The translations under genes and the position numbers were made by a program. A DNA stretch of 64,000 nucleotides from Obrimoposthia wandeli (taxonomy: Eukaryota): NCBI GenBank assembly GCA_977020255.1, contig CDROCS010001432.1, positions 372,001-436,000 of the forward strand, given 5' to 3'. Numbering within the stretch: position 1 is the first letter of the stretch; every line of letters starts with the position of its first letter. Shown here piece by piece: positions 52,001 through 64,000 of this stretch. The notes below the pieces were generated by a model. That model was given only the letters and a program-made list of their open reading frames with translations. It did not search any database and was not told the origin of the DNA.

Positions 52001-54052
52001 AGTAATAAATGAATTATTATTTTGTATGCTGAACTTATGATGTAATGCTAGTCTATGGAATGTATATAGTGTAAATACTGGTGCGCGGACGTTTCGGACT
52101 GCCTGTTTTTTAAAGTAGGACTTTTAAGAATTTTTATCTTCTAATTTTAAGATTTATAAGATATTTTGTGTCAATTACATTTAGTTGAAAATGGTGTTTG
52201 TTCTACTAAGTTTTTTGGACATTTTTTAAGATTTTTTAGGTCAATTTATAAGATTTTAATTTTATATAATTTAATTTAGTTGAAGATGCTGTTTGTTATT
52301 TTTTGGATTTTTATGAAAAATTTAGATTTTAGCCAATTTATATGAAATTGTTTTATTTTTGTGTCCAATTATTCATTCCATTCAGAAACAAATACAAAAA
52401 GGAGATTATCAATAACATAAGAGGGGACATAACGCTTTGTTTAGGTGGCTTAATATATACTATTAAAGTTATAATGAAATCGAAAGATGAAAAAATCTGG
52501 CGTTGTGTGAAACCTCAGATTTGCAATGGTGTTTTTAAAACAAACAAAGTGTATATGAATCATATTCTTGGCAAAGAGCATAGTCACCATGCAGACAAGA
52601 TAGCAATAGATATTGAACTGTGTTGCCATTCAATGAAAAGTCAAGACAGATCTTCCAACGACAAACCCACACCAAAGCTTCACATTCTCTAATGCTGCTG
52701 CTCTAGATGAGTTCAAAGCCATACTCCCAGTTGCTGATACAGTTAAAAGAGTACTCCGTCTTGCCCATGCTGCTCACCGACCCAAACATCCACAGACTCT
52801 ACAACAGTTGACTATTGCTGATCATTACTGTCAGAGCACTAGTGATAACCCTATCAACTTCCAACCTAGTAGAACGAACACCATCTTCAACTAAACGCAA
52901 ATAACACAAAACATCTTATAAATATTAAAATTATAAGATAAAAATTCTTAAAAGTCCAAAACGTCCTACTTTTAAAAAAGATCAGACCAAAATGTCCTAG
53001 ATTCATCAACACTACAGCCAAAAACATCTTTCTATAAGGCAGCCGATGTCAATGTAAAGGAAACTGTAGTAAATATAATACTATTTTTGGACATCCTGAT
53101 TCTTTCTAACATGGACAGAAGCCACCAAAAAGTGTTAATTGTAATTTATGTAGACCTAGCATTTATTAGAGAAAGAAGCTTTTTAAACACCAGTGTTTAT
53201 AAAGTTATTTAACTCAATAACTTCTATACATGTTAGAAGAGTATCTTTACAACTTTGAATTGCGTACAGCCTCACAAGCATGTCCACACTCTCACTCAGT
53301 CTCACTTGTGTGATCACACACAGTCACCCAAATCCCAATATGAATCAACATCCATGACTCTCAAATCACTCTCAGTTTCCAAACCACCCCTGGTCTCCAC
53401 TGGAAGCTGCAATTAACGCCAACAGACTGGCTGCAGTGCGACTACTGCTGCAGCACACATCTCCCGAAAGCAGTGAGTCTAGTCTGAACCGGCTTGATCC
53501 CCAGTCAGGGCAAACCTGTCTACTGCGAGCATGTCTCAATGCGGATTCAGACCCAGACTTGCTGACCTTGCTCGCAGACGCAGGAGGTCTCATAGACCCC
53601 GCTCCTCTCGATTCGTCCTCATCTAGCGCCATCTGCGACAGGGTATTCGAGGCGGTCCAGAACGGCGAGATCTGGCTCCTCAGGAGGCTCCATCATGCTC
53701 GCTATGGTCTTGCACAGGTACATATGAATAAGCGGTGACTACTTGTTAGCATCTCAAAAAATATTTTTCCATGTTAATCTGTTGTTTAAATGACTTGATT
53801 TGAAGTGAATTATTGGACAATTACAATACTCGACAGATCGTTGACGGGGACAAGAACACCCTGCTACACACAGCCGCCATCTTCAACCACATCGAGATTG
53901 CACGTGTTCTTACCTTGGAGGTGGCCATCAACCCATCATTCCTAAACGCTGCTGGCCTTACAGCGGAAGAAGAGGCTGATCGTCACGGGCATAAAGACCT
54001 GGCTCTTTTCCTGCACTCTCGATCCTCACTCACTCTCTTCTACACTCCCTAA
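34040..54052 (+). CDS. ASPG: L-asparaginase / 60-kDa lysophospholipase with ankyrin repeats; exons 34040-34385, 35021-35408, 50567-50810, 50965-51152, 51590-51901, 53376-53717, 53837-54052 (5' end uncertain, possible ATG at 33922)
   Basis: VLVLYTGGTIGM, LDSSD, GFVILHGTDTLSYTAS, TGSQIP, LYRGNR, TYGAGN, DMTPEAALLKL and ankyrin motifs (SPLEAA, NTLLHTAA). All listed junctions are GT-AG and phase-compatible. Confidence 0.93.
36022..36940 (-). pseudogene. ORF X (broken) and ORF Y
   Basis: Homologous to 8001-9011 and 60430-61466. Confidence 0.75.
36944..37514 (+). pseudogene. TBP-like exon 2 remnant plus C-terminal helical domain
   Basis: MFEPCIFPAISY...VNIFSSGKVMILGLK; a 2-nt loss in a T-run before 37210 breaks the read-through seen in C and D. 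Confidence 0.75.
37554..38196 (+). pseudogene. Packaging ATPase (late stop)
   Basis: DPSGTGKT, IIIDDL and ITQN motifs. Confidence 0.9.
38209..38345 (+). pseudogene. Small Lys/Arg-rich protein (putative DNA-condensing core protein)
   Basis: MPFMKLILKRKAKPKKSIKESLRKK...; also present in copies C and D between the ATPase and the 117-aa ORF. Confidence 0.4.
38377..38730 (+). CDS. Conserved small Polinton protein with basic region and C-terminal G(G)FIG hydrophobic tail
   Basis: Present in B, C and D; LEVLYNIVLG...KYRK.LL...NGGFIG pattern typical of Polinton small core genes. Confidence 0.65.
   Translation: MKKIQRSIPYFKALVKASSHKIMIILKAFPSFVVDDLLEVLYNIVLGRVKVGNRKYILMKYRKTLLDIANVKSKKKKRNIILKHNGCFIGSVIPVVDSIISSIIAVTRSQTIIYKIS
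38793..39803 (+). pseudogene. Retroviral-type (c-)integrase with C-terminal chromodomain
   Basis: WQMDL, YILTCLDVFSRF, VQTDLGK, KAAVVERFNRTLR and YFVKWHGY; internal stops. Confidence 0.92.
39810..40882 (+). pseudogene. Minor capsid protein (penton/PX)
   Basis: MYIVLPSN...WEAALTEFSF at the N-terminus; LYIYTNLIEPTLVGGQRVPLLR...YLPVS...IEVNIRDDSG at the C-terminus. Confidence 0.85.
40851..41243 (+). pseudogene. Conserved Polinton core-like protein preceding MCP
   Basis: QQGGELPYFVGKQYGSGW...FPLLKRLG and a basic tail with GGSG. Confidence 0.7.
41240..42447 (+). pseudogene. Major capsid protein
   Basis: MSCAKTELCIFD, YLDLNDTLLYVQIKV, GNLRLEIKF and YGVFDSEIQI; frameshift or stop near 41920-42070. 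Confidence 0.9.
42470..42850 (+). CDS. Adenain-like maturation protease; 5-nt exon 1 (42470-42474), 42-bp intron, exon 2 from 42517
   Basis: ATG AA|GTAAGA...TTTAG|T gives MNSLQVQE...GVYPID...YIINTHTSNLPEEHWIAIY...FDPL...QYQ...NCEHLCILW. Confidence 0.82.
44298..47091. repeat. 96-bp direct duplication (44298-44393 and 46996-47091) flanking the retroelement
   Basis: Read base by base: 3 mismatches in 96 nt. Confidence 0.93.
44394..46995 (-). mobile_element. 5'-truncated NeSL/Utopia/R2-superfamily non-LTR retrotransposon (RT, CCHC knuckle, restriction-like endonuclease) plus extra 3' sequence
   Basis: EGCYEHN, AFLDLADAFGSVP, GVRQGCPLS, LAYADDL, CRKGC...SHAIVGC, RHD and PDITI...IEIKIPF motifs. 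GC-richer than the flanks, with an A/(CAA)n tract at about 44780-44750. Confidence 0.92.
48400..50330 (-). mobile_element. Older, divergent Polinton structural module (helical ORF, ATPase, penton C-terminus, core-like gene, MCP N-terminus)
   Basis: Broken frames: DNKVQCLVDEIMNG; IVEPSGSGKTH...VLIDDLY...ITQN; MYLSVSIASINNIEINICDDSGQ; KQYVSEWL..ARIAFPLLNGLG; MAYGKS*LCIFD (48864). Confidence 0.8.
52087..52997 (+). mobile_element. Non-autonomous Mutator-like (MULE) element with FLYWCH remnant and about 90-bp imperfect TIRs
   Basis: LGGLIY...IWRC....CNG..KT.....HSH. The left end ggacgtttcggactg...gatattttgtgt is the reverse complement of the right end acacaaaacatc...cagaccaaaatgtcc. No TSD was recognised. 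Confidence 0.78.
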
Positions 54053-55479
54053 CACATCCACTCATGATCCAGGATAAGTCACTTCCAAATGGATTTGTTT
54101 TCGTCCCACACTAATTTCCTCATTTTGCAAATCTTTTAACATTAACTGCCTTTGTTTCATTCATCTCAAATGATCGACTAAATAACCGTAAGTAATTGAT
54201 ATATATACGGATAACTGCAACACTAACAAATGTTTTAATTATCTTTATTTGTCTATCTTACATTAAAATATTTGAAATGATGCAAATATTTATACTCTCT
54301 TGTAACTTTATTAGAACTAAGAAATTCTTATATAAATAACTAATATGTAAAATGCATTTTATACAAAATCCCTTAAATGAAGCATGTTTTAAAACTGTAA
54401 TTCATCATCATGGATGGCTGACGGTACAGTTTCCTTTAATGTCTAAACTAACATTATTCCAGCTAAGCCAACACTAACGGTTTACAAACTTTCAATTCTC
54501 TCTAACATCGAGGTGTTATTTATAAGACATATATTTACTTTATTATGATAATTATGTACAACAAATAGATTCCATCAAATAGTACAAATCCGTCAATGTT
54601 TTGTATCTTTGAGGCTCATTTTCAGATATTGAACAATAATTTTATTCTGAGAGATCGAACTATAAATTAAAAGCGCCTGAGAATCGATGACGCCGTAATT
54701 AAAGTCTAAATGAACACACCTAATTGTTAGTCATCCTTACGTAACATTTTAGAGAGACAACAAGGCGTATTAGATATGTAGTCATAGATCATTGTAGCAC
54801 TACTTAACTATCTTATCATTGTGTCTTTTTATGACACAATACCGAAATATATAAAAATTTGTTTCTCAGAAAAAATTGTCATAATCTAGGAAATAGCTGA
54901 ATAACAGTCATATTCATCAATTATTTTTAGCGTTTACAAAATAAACACTGTTTCACGATGATTAAAAAATAATATTATAATTAGGTATTAATTTATTTTC
55001 TTTCGATATTTAGAATATTGTAAAAATGATGCTTTATAAACTTAATATCTGTGTTTGATTTGATACTGATTCAGAAACCTTCAACTTTAAACAAATTAAA
55101 TACAAAAAACATTTATTTATGACATTATTTCGCTTTATTTCACTATCAATAATAAATTATACCACGCAGTTCATTAAGCCAATCATTTAGCATTGCAAGT
55201 AGGTCATTGTGCCTCTCATATAAATTGATATTAGTCTAAATACTCCATAATAAAGTTAAAGTAGAATAAAGTTATTCATACTAAACACTCTCCATTTCAA
55301 CACTCAAACACAATTTTGTACATTCTGGCAGTGCCCTCGTTTTCATGTTGCAAACTTTATGCCATTTTCGTTGAAAAATATACTATTGATTCATCTATTG
55401 TTTTATTTTATTCAAATTATATACATTTTTTAATCGTTTTATATATATTGTAATCATTTTAACTATTATTGGACCTTAA

Positions 55480-58400
55480 TTTCATCTAATCTTTCACTTT
55501 TTGACAAATTTTATCACTATTCTTAAGAAACGTCAATCATTTTTTACCATGATAGGAAATTATTTAAGAGTTCTAGATTCTCTGCAGTTTTTGAGTGGGT
55601 CTCTAAAAAATTTAACGGCATCTTTAAATGCATGGCCAATTACACAGTCAGTGTTCCCATCTTTGGTTAATGATAAGGGGATTTTTCCGTATAAATTTGC
55701 AAAAACCTTTGCAGATTTAGAAAATACTACAGAAATCCCACCCATAACTGAATTTGAAAGTGTAAGTCTTCAATACTATAATGAGGCCCGTACATTTTGG
55801 GAGAATAATTGTCGAAATCTTCTAGATTATAAGCTTTATTATATAAAGTTAGACATTTTTCTTTTAGCTGATGTTTTTGAGTCATTTCGTGTAAAATCTT
55901 TAGCAGAAGATGGACTAGATCATATGAATTTCTTTAGTTTACCTGGTCTTTCATGGGCAACGGCAATAAAAACTCTTAATATTAATATCGAGTTACTGCA
56001 AGATCCCGCGATGTATCAAATGTATGATTATGGTATACGCGGTGGAATGACTTTTGTCAACAAAAATCAATCCACTGAGATTCTGCACATCGACATTAAT
56101 AATTTGTATGGGTGGGCGCTTACTCAACCTCTAACTCATGCCAAATTTAAGAGGGTTTATGATGAGGAAGAGTTGAATAAGTTGATGACAGATTTGGCTA
56201 CTGTTGATACAGTTTCATCAAATGTCGGCTATTTGGTTGAGGTTGACTTAAAAATCCCTCCCAATATGCATTGATAAATTAGATGATCTTCCAGTAGCAC
56301 TTGTTCAGCAATGTCCACCTAATTCAAAGGTTAAGAAATTATTGTTAACACATGAAGACAAGTTGAATTATGTGGTGCATTGGCGGCTTCTTCAATTCTA
56401 CTTAAAGTTGGGAGGGAAAGTCACTCGAATTCATCGTGCTATAACTTTGTGTTTAAAGACTATATTGAGAAGAATTGGTATTTCTTGAAAGTGTCACTGT
56501 ACCTACATTAAGATTGTCAAATTGAGTTACATCTGTCGTATATTTTCCTAGAAACTTTGCAGTTTATTGAAAAGTAATTAAAACGAATTTCAGAAATCTT
56601 ACATCACCAAAATTTTGATCCTTACTAAAAGCTTGCATACTCATACCCAAAGAGTAGGTTATAAGTTTAGTTTCTCTAATAGGATAACAAGCATTGTTTT
56701 TTTTCCATTTCTCTATTATGTGCCATTAAAACTGATTGCTCGGTTTTAACTCTTCAAACATATAGTTTTGCATCCAAAATACCAAGTCTAGGTTTTTAAA
56801 TGTATGTGCTTATCAAAGAAAAAATCCAATTATTACGTTTCAAACGAAGATGTACATTAACAACATGAATTAAATATTTCGGTTGTTCAAAGAAGTTCAA
56901 TCTCCATTCTTTGCGAGTTGCAGCCGTTTTATCATAACCAATGGTTGCAAATTAGTATTTTGATTATCAGTACTATACTTCACTAGACTTTCAATCAAAG
57001 CTTTATGAGCTTTATTTCCACCTTCAATTTTGACATTATAAAGAGTAACAATGGCATCAATAAAAAAAGAATTAAAGAGGTAATTATCAGGTGTTACATC
57101 TGCATTTTCTGCTAAATTAGTACCATCTCGATTTAATACTTTTATTTGAACATAAAGCAAAGTATCATTAAAATCTAAATACTCGCTATTGGAACCATTA
57201 ATATTAAATTCTAAATCGGTTAAATTGGTTAAATTGGTTCCTGAAACTGAGTTAACTAGAAATATTTCTTAAAGGAATCATTATCTACAACTACTTGCGG
57301 AAGAGGTTTATCAAAAATACACAATTCGGTTTTGGAGCAACTCATTTTGCAAATATTGTTCCTTCAACTTTCTTACGTTTGTTTATAATACTTTTTTGCT
57401 TCTTTTACGTTTAAATCCACTACCTTCTTGGTTTTCATCTGATTTACCTTTTTTAATCAAATTAGCAACTTCAGGTAAAACATTATCAAGTTCATTAAGT
57501 GCATGCTTCTTAAAAGTTGGTATTAGTTTATTTTCCTTAAATGAAAGGTAGTCCTTTCCTAAATTTGATACAAATCACACGAGTCTCTTTAAAAGAGGAA
57601 AGGAAAATCTAGATAATGTTCTAAGCCAACCGGATCCATATTGTTTACCAACAAAATATGGTAATTCTCCACCTTGTTGGCTTTGACTATAAGCTTCAAT
57701 TATTGCCGGATTCACCATTTTGTTTTCTTAAATGTATTGTTAAACTTGTCTTGGCTCCGTACGTGAAATCTATTAGTTGTCCAGAATCATCTCTAATATT
57801 TACTTCAATATTGTTTATAGAAAAGAGAGCAACTGGAAGATACATTGGTTGATCTATACGAATACCGATAAATCGAGTACGATTAAATTTTTCTACTACT
57901 GCTGCTTTGTACTGTGAAAACACAGAGTAGTGATTTATATTATTTTGTTTAAAAAATGTTTGAACTTGCTTATTATAAAATTATTTTCCTAGATCAGTTT
58001 GCACATTTTGTGGAATGTCCTCTTTTAATATTTCTTTAATGGCTTCAAGCATAGCTATTGAAGACTTTGCTTTAACTGGAATTGCACGAACGAACCTGCT
58101 AAATACATCAATACATGTTAAAATATATCGATATCCCTTATTAATGGAAGAATATGGAAACATCTCCATCAAATCCATTTGCCATAAATTATTAGAACCG
58201 CTGGTTTTGTAAGCTCTAGTTGGAAACCTTCTTCTCATCGGCTTGTTCAGACTGTAGGCTAACTGATCGCTCAGCCATTTCTGCGTTTTCTTGTAATTCT
58301 GTTTTGTTCTTTTTGCCAATTTTGAAACTCCTGTGTAGCCAATTGAATCTTTTGGATTGAACCATATCTTCTCCATTACAACAATTTGAATATATAGAAA

Positions 58401-61400
58401 ATTTAAATTAAAGATAAAGAAGGTTTAGACCCATATCTTTAGCTGTTTTTAGAAATAATTGTTTATGTACGTGTTGCAGCTATAATACTACTGATAATTG
58501 AAGCAACAACTGAAATAACAGCCCCTATGAAACCACCATTCTGTTTAAGAATAATATTTCGTTTCCTTTTTTACTTTTTACATTAGCAATATCTAGAAGA
58601 TTTTTTCTATATTTCTTTAATACATTTTTCTGTTTTCCAACTTTTACTCTACCCAAAACTATATTATACAAAACTTCCAATAAATCATCTACAACAGAAG
58701 ATGGAAATGCTTTAAGAATAATCATTCTCTTATGAGAAGAGGCTTTGACTAAAGCTTTAAAATAGGGTATGCTTCTTTGTATTTTCTTCATTTAAAAAAA
58801 GCTCAATTTTAATATTGTTTATATTCGAAGCCATTTAAGTTTTCTTTTATTTCGAACTACAGGTTTGATTAATTTATTCACTTCTTTTTTTTAATGATTC
58901 TTTTTTTTGATTTCTTAGACTTTACTTTTCGTTTACGTTTCACTATAAACTTCTTTAAAGGCATTGTAAATTTAATTTTTTATAATTCTCTAATTGTTTA
59001 TAAACAGTTACTCCCTTAGAATTAAATATGTCGGTTAAAACACGTAAATCATCTGGGCAAACTTGTGTAAAATCAATAAATATATACCCATGTGCTTGTT
59101 TAGCAGCACCATGGAATGAATCAACTAGAAAGTTCTTATTTTGGGGGAATGCCTGTCTGACAACACAATCTACAACTGTTTGATCTCTAGGATTTTTAAA
59201 TAAAACTAAGTAATGTACATTAAGATTTCTTGTTCTATGATGGCCTCCTAGGTGAAAAAGATTTTGAGTGCTAAATATAACTGTTACCTCATGATGTCTT
59301 GCAATCTTTGTAAATGAATTATTAAAGTCCGATTCCTTGTTAGCTTCCTGATACAAATCATCAATTATTATTACATCTTCTTTTTTCAATCTTTCACACC
59401 AATTCGCATCAAATCCTTCAATAAATTTAATTCCCTTCACCTTGCAAACTTCTGTTTTGGTTAATCAACTTTCCCCTCCTCCACCATGATGCCAATAAAT
59501 ATTTTGGAAACTAGATTTGAAAAGAGATTCATTTTGCAACAATTTACATAAGAAATGTGTTTTTCCACTTCCACTGGGACCAATTATTTGAAATACAGCA
59601 TTATTATTTAGCTCTATTACATATACTCTTTCATTTTTAATATTGTTTATATTATCATAGAAGTTTCCTTATTGAAATGTACAATGTTAGAGCTATTGTA
59701 GGTGGAATACAAAAATTAATTAATGAATATTTGGCTATAATTTTATTTATTTGTGTACGATTTCTATATTCTCGAATAACATGTGATCTAACCAATATTT
59801 CAATGTTATCTCTTGTTATATCACTATTTTTTTAATTCTGATAAAATTTGTTTACCTTTAATTTTCCAGAAAATATTTCGTCGAAAAGACGATCCTCTTC
59901 ATTTTCTGTATCTATAGTATTATTCATTTGATACAATATGTTTAAATGGGTTTGTTTATAGAAAAAAAACAAGATGTAATAAGATATCTTTTCTAAAATC
60001 GAATCAACAATGTCTGGAAAATCAAAATTCTTCAATCCCAATATCATAACTTTATCACTGGGAAATATATTTACACATAGCGGTTTAAACTTCAAATAAC
60101 TGAGAGCAGGTAAAATTTCTGGTTCAAACATGCATTTTTCTTTCATTTTCTCTACAATTTTATAAAGATTTATTTGTTTTACGAGATTAGCCGAAATTGT
60201 GATTTTTTGTATTGCAGTGATTTGAATTCCAAATGGTAAATTGATCTCAAGCAAAGGTATTTTTATTATATTTCTTCCAATTAAATTTGATTTTAAATAT
60301 GGATTTAGTCCAATCAAATTCAATGCTTTAGTTATATTAACCAATGATATATATGTCTTTGTTACAAATTAGTATAAAAGAATCGCCATTGGAGGACAAA
60401 TCCCAATAAATGCATTCATATCAAAGATAATTATCAATGATCGACGATAGTCAACGGATATTAGGCGGCGATGAAGATTAAGAAATGTTTGAAGAATCGG
60501 ATAAGGATATAAGGAAGAAGTGAAACAATATTTCAAAAAAGAAGTCTGATTCTTGAATAAGCCTCAACTGATTGCCTTAGAAAATCCTGTGACAATTGAA
60601 AGAAGAAAGTTCAGCTATTATCTATCAAATATTCCAAAACCAGATTTTCAATGTCTTAAACAGAAAGTTAAAAAGGCAGTTCCAAATTTTACTTTCAATA
60701 AGAACGAATTTAATATCCGAGGAGCCGATGCAGGATTTCTAGATGAGTATGGAAGAGAAATAGATGTTGATGCGTTTCCGAAAAGGAAGCAATGGACTGT
60801 AACAATTCGACTTTATGGTTACAAGAAGGATGAAATTGGAACAAAGTTGTCTATGTGGAAAATTGATCGTGCTCACTTTCCTATGTTTTAACTTTTTTTT
60901 TCATTTTGCATGTAATAAATTGTAATCGGTTTTATTCATTTTTACTATGTTTCTTTCATTTGGCAATTAATAATCAGTTTTATTTTTCATAATATTTGTA
61001 TCTTATATGTGTTTTTTTATAAACATTGTTTTTTAATCAGTTTCCTTATTTTAGAATGGATCCTCTTCTGAGATATGTAGGAAATTTTTATTATCCAGAA
61101 AAAATTTCAAAAGGAAAACTATGTAATATATTAAAAAGGCATCAAATTATACGAGTTATGAATCCTGTGAAAATATCAAAAGTGCAGAATAAATATCTCA
61201 TCGAAATTTTAACAATAACTGATATTGATCAATTGAAAAATATTTTGGGATTTTACATTCCTGATTATGTATATGAAGGAAATTGTTTCCAGCTTGAAAC
61301 TGATCCCGGTCTGGATTTTAAAGATGATCTAGGATATTTGATTGCTCCAATTCTATATGAAGAACTATGGAATATCTCAATACGTCTGAATAGATATTTT

Positions 61401-61535
61401 GCTGATGACGGGAAAATGCAGCCTCTTTGGACTTTGAGTGAAGCCAATATGTTGTTTTATGTTTGATTTAATAAATGTTTTAAAAATAATTTTGACTCGT
61501 ATTTTGTTTTTCTCCTCTAAATTATATAGATCTTA
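55480..61535 (-). mobile_element. Polinton copy D (reverse orientation), multiply deleted
   Basis: polB fragment 55501-56475(+), MCP 5' half 56476-57345, core-like gene, penton-integrase fusion at about 57870, 117-aa ORF, ATPase about 58955-59620, TBP-like 59664-60290, ORF Y, ORF X; ends before the terminus. Confidence 0.92.
61026..61466 (+). CDS. ORF X, intact copy (Met at 61057)
   Basis: Open frame, closely similar to 8001-8453. Confidence 0.7.
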   Translation: MFFNQFPYFRMDPLLRYVGNFYYPEKISKGKLCNILKRHQIIRVMNPVKISKVQNKYLIEILTITDIDQLKNILGFYIPDYVYEGNCFQLETDPGLDFKDDLGYLIAPILYEELWNISIRLNRYFADDGKMQPLWTLSEANMLFYV

Positions 61536-64000
61536 TATTGTCTTATATTGTCCACCCCTGCTCTATCAAATTGTCTAACTTTTATATTCATTAAAATGAA
61601 CAGATATATTGGTAAATAAAAACAAATTCTTGTATCATACAAATTATAAAAGTTTTAAGAGAATAATTTAGAAAATGTAGTAAAAAGTAATTTAATTCAA
61701 AGTTGACTACAAGCTTATTTTTATTTACTAGAAATCATTTAATGACAATACATTCAATTTACATATATTTTAAATTTACGATCAACCACTTAAAGCTTCA
61801 ATTTGTAAATTATTGAAAAATAGTGGCTTGTCACAAACTAAACCATTAAATTCAGAAAAGTGGTAATTATTTGTAAAATGGAGTATTCTTGCATTCAATT
61901 GTAAAAAATAAAATATTTAAAATTCTTAACAGTTTGCCTCCTGGTCACTGGTTACTCAATACTGTATTTTTACAGGTTTGTTTGAAATGTGTCCTTTTAA
62001 CAATTCGCATGTTAAGAAACAATTTTAGAAAACAATAATTAACTCATTTTATAATATAATTCTATACTTAAAAACTTTCAATTTTATTATTCTTGAAAAT
62101 AATTCCAATAAAACTTCTTTATAAAATGTCAATATTATTCATATTCAATTGTTAATTAATAATTTATGGCTTAATTTTAATTTAAATTTTACTATTTTAA
62201 TTTTCATTATATGAAGTATTATTTTATTACTTTTAACCCTGAACGAATCAATACCAAAGTAAATATATTAAATTATTACTAGTCTGTAACAGTTACCATA
62301 TTAGAAATAATTATTTTAAGTGCTGTGATTGGATGAACTATGATTTCTCATGTCACGAAAGTTTGGAATCGTTTGGTTAAATCAATAAGTCATAAATTGG
62401 AATGTATATCAACCGAAATATGAATGTAATTTCGCAATTTTCAGATTGCCACAAAGTACACAGAGACAAAACTTGGTTGGTAGTCATTTCAAAGTTTTTA
62501 ACTCATTTTGCCATCATACTGTCTTAGCTCTGATGTTCAATGGAGGCGGTGAAAAACGTAATTAGTATGGTACAAAGTTCATTTCCTTGTCGGGTTACTG
62601 AGTCAAATTTGGCGCTATAAATCTCGATATCTCGACCCTTTTCCAGGATACTGAAGCCCGAGTCTGTGTATACAGAATTGGTTACATCATCGAGTCAGTA
62701 TCAATCGGATTGTCGAATGAAAGATTAAACATCTACCAAGAAGTTGTTTGTTCAACCGATATCATATTCAAGTCTGGTTATGATAACAAATATAATCTCA
62801 GACAATCAGTCAGTCTAGTCAAAAATAAAATTATAAAGCACCAACCAATGGAATGGCAATTATTGTAAAATAAAAGTTAAATTGGGGTAAAAATACGAAA
62901 TTGGGTGATGATATTGAAAAAAGAACCACAAAAGCGCTGAACTTTTGACAGATATGTCAAAAATAACATAAATCTAACATCAATTTAAATCCAACTTAAA
63001 TTCAATCCTAAAACTTTTGATTTTTACTAAAGATACGAAATATTTCTTCAAAATTAGAAAAATACAATTATCAATACTTTCACCTCAAACATTAGTAATT
63101 AGCTAAACGTCTTAAAATTTATAAATTCGCTCTCTTTTACATTTAGACAGCGTCCAACCGCCTTTGTTGTGAATGAAAACATGTTTTTCTATAGAGTCAT
63201 TAGAAGGACTTGCAGACATATTATGCAAGTTTCAATGTTATAGGGGTTTTATCTCAGTTCCAGAAATACGGATCTTCAAAATAAAGGTTTTTTTGTTAGG
63301 ATAATAATGAGGAAAACATCGATAGACTGGAAGTAGCTATGAACATATGCTTTTGTCATAAATAATTTTAAGACAACAAAATGCGCACAACAAATTCAGA
63401 AATTGTAAAAATTACAAATGGAAATTAAATTTCAAATTTGTTTTTTAATTTTAATAAAAAATTTAAAAGTGTAAAAAGAGTAAAACTTTAAAAACTTTCA
63501 CAAATTCAATCACTTGACTTACTTAATTTCAATATATTTTCAAGCTAATGCTAAAAGTTGTAACATTGTCAGAATTATTTTATTTTCTCAACTTCCGTAA
63601 ACCGAGATAATAATAAGTGTCAGTATTTGACTCCTTGATCAATTTTCATCATTTGTTGACACAAGAACATTTCTCACCGGATTAACGAAACGGTTATTAT
63701 ACAAAGTCATCTGAAGAATCTAGAAAACATATTGTACAAGTTAAAGTGTCATAACATACTTTGATATTGTGCCAGAACCTTCGATGTTTATAATATTGGG
63801 ATGTTTTGACTCAAAATTATGTACTAATCTTTAAAGTTGGTAGTCAATTTGAGTCAATCACTTTGGAAACTATGTCACAATAAACTTTAAAATGTGACGC
63901 AAAATATACTAAAAAATTAGATAAACAGTAGAGAAATATTTATAAAACCTTCATTTTTCCTTCCAACTTCCAAAAAACATAGTTTTTGAAATATAAAATA

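Noticed and set aside
59832-60344. 170-aa ORF taken as the native TBP-like protein
   Set aside because: Its N-terminus results from a deletion that removed exon 1 and the intron and fused an upstream frame; copies A and C show the original structure.
62630-62870. Open frame of about 80 codons after a good acceptor (ttttccag|GAT), possibly a host terminal exon
   Set aside because: No phase-compatible upstream exon or recognisable domain could be established.

Overview
AT-rich eukaryotic, probably invertebrate, genomic DNA; no prokaryotic features, CRISPR arrays or RNA genes were seen. Two host genes are clear, both with GC-rich exons: a minus-strand two-exon DnaJ gene (26.4-27.4 kb) and a plus-strand L-asparaginase/ankyrin gene (ASPG-like, about 34.0-54.05 kb). 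The window is dominated by four decayed, differently deleted copies of one Polinton/Maverick (adintovirus-like) element: A 7.65-9.6 kb, C 13.9-20.6 kb, B 35.6-48.2 kb (inside a 15.2-kb ASPG intron) and D 55.5-61.5 kb. There is also an older, inverted structural module (48.4-50.3 kb) and the terminus of a related element (to 22473). Combining the copies gives: terminus (AGTAG...), two paralogous unknown genes, an intron-containing TATA-binding-protein-like gene read in frame into a helical C-terminal domain, packaging ATPase, small basic proteins, integrase, penton, core-like protein, major capsid protein, intron-containing adenain protease, and protein-primed PolB. The TBP-like gene is the most unusual item. 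Other mobile DNA: three Ty3/Gypsy remnants, two NeSL/Utopia-type RLE non-LTR elements (one in polB flanked by a 96-bp duplication) and a FLYWCH MULE with TIRs. All homology calls are by-eye motif recognition; no database searches were run.
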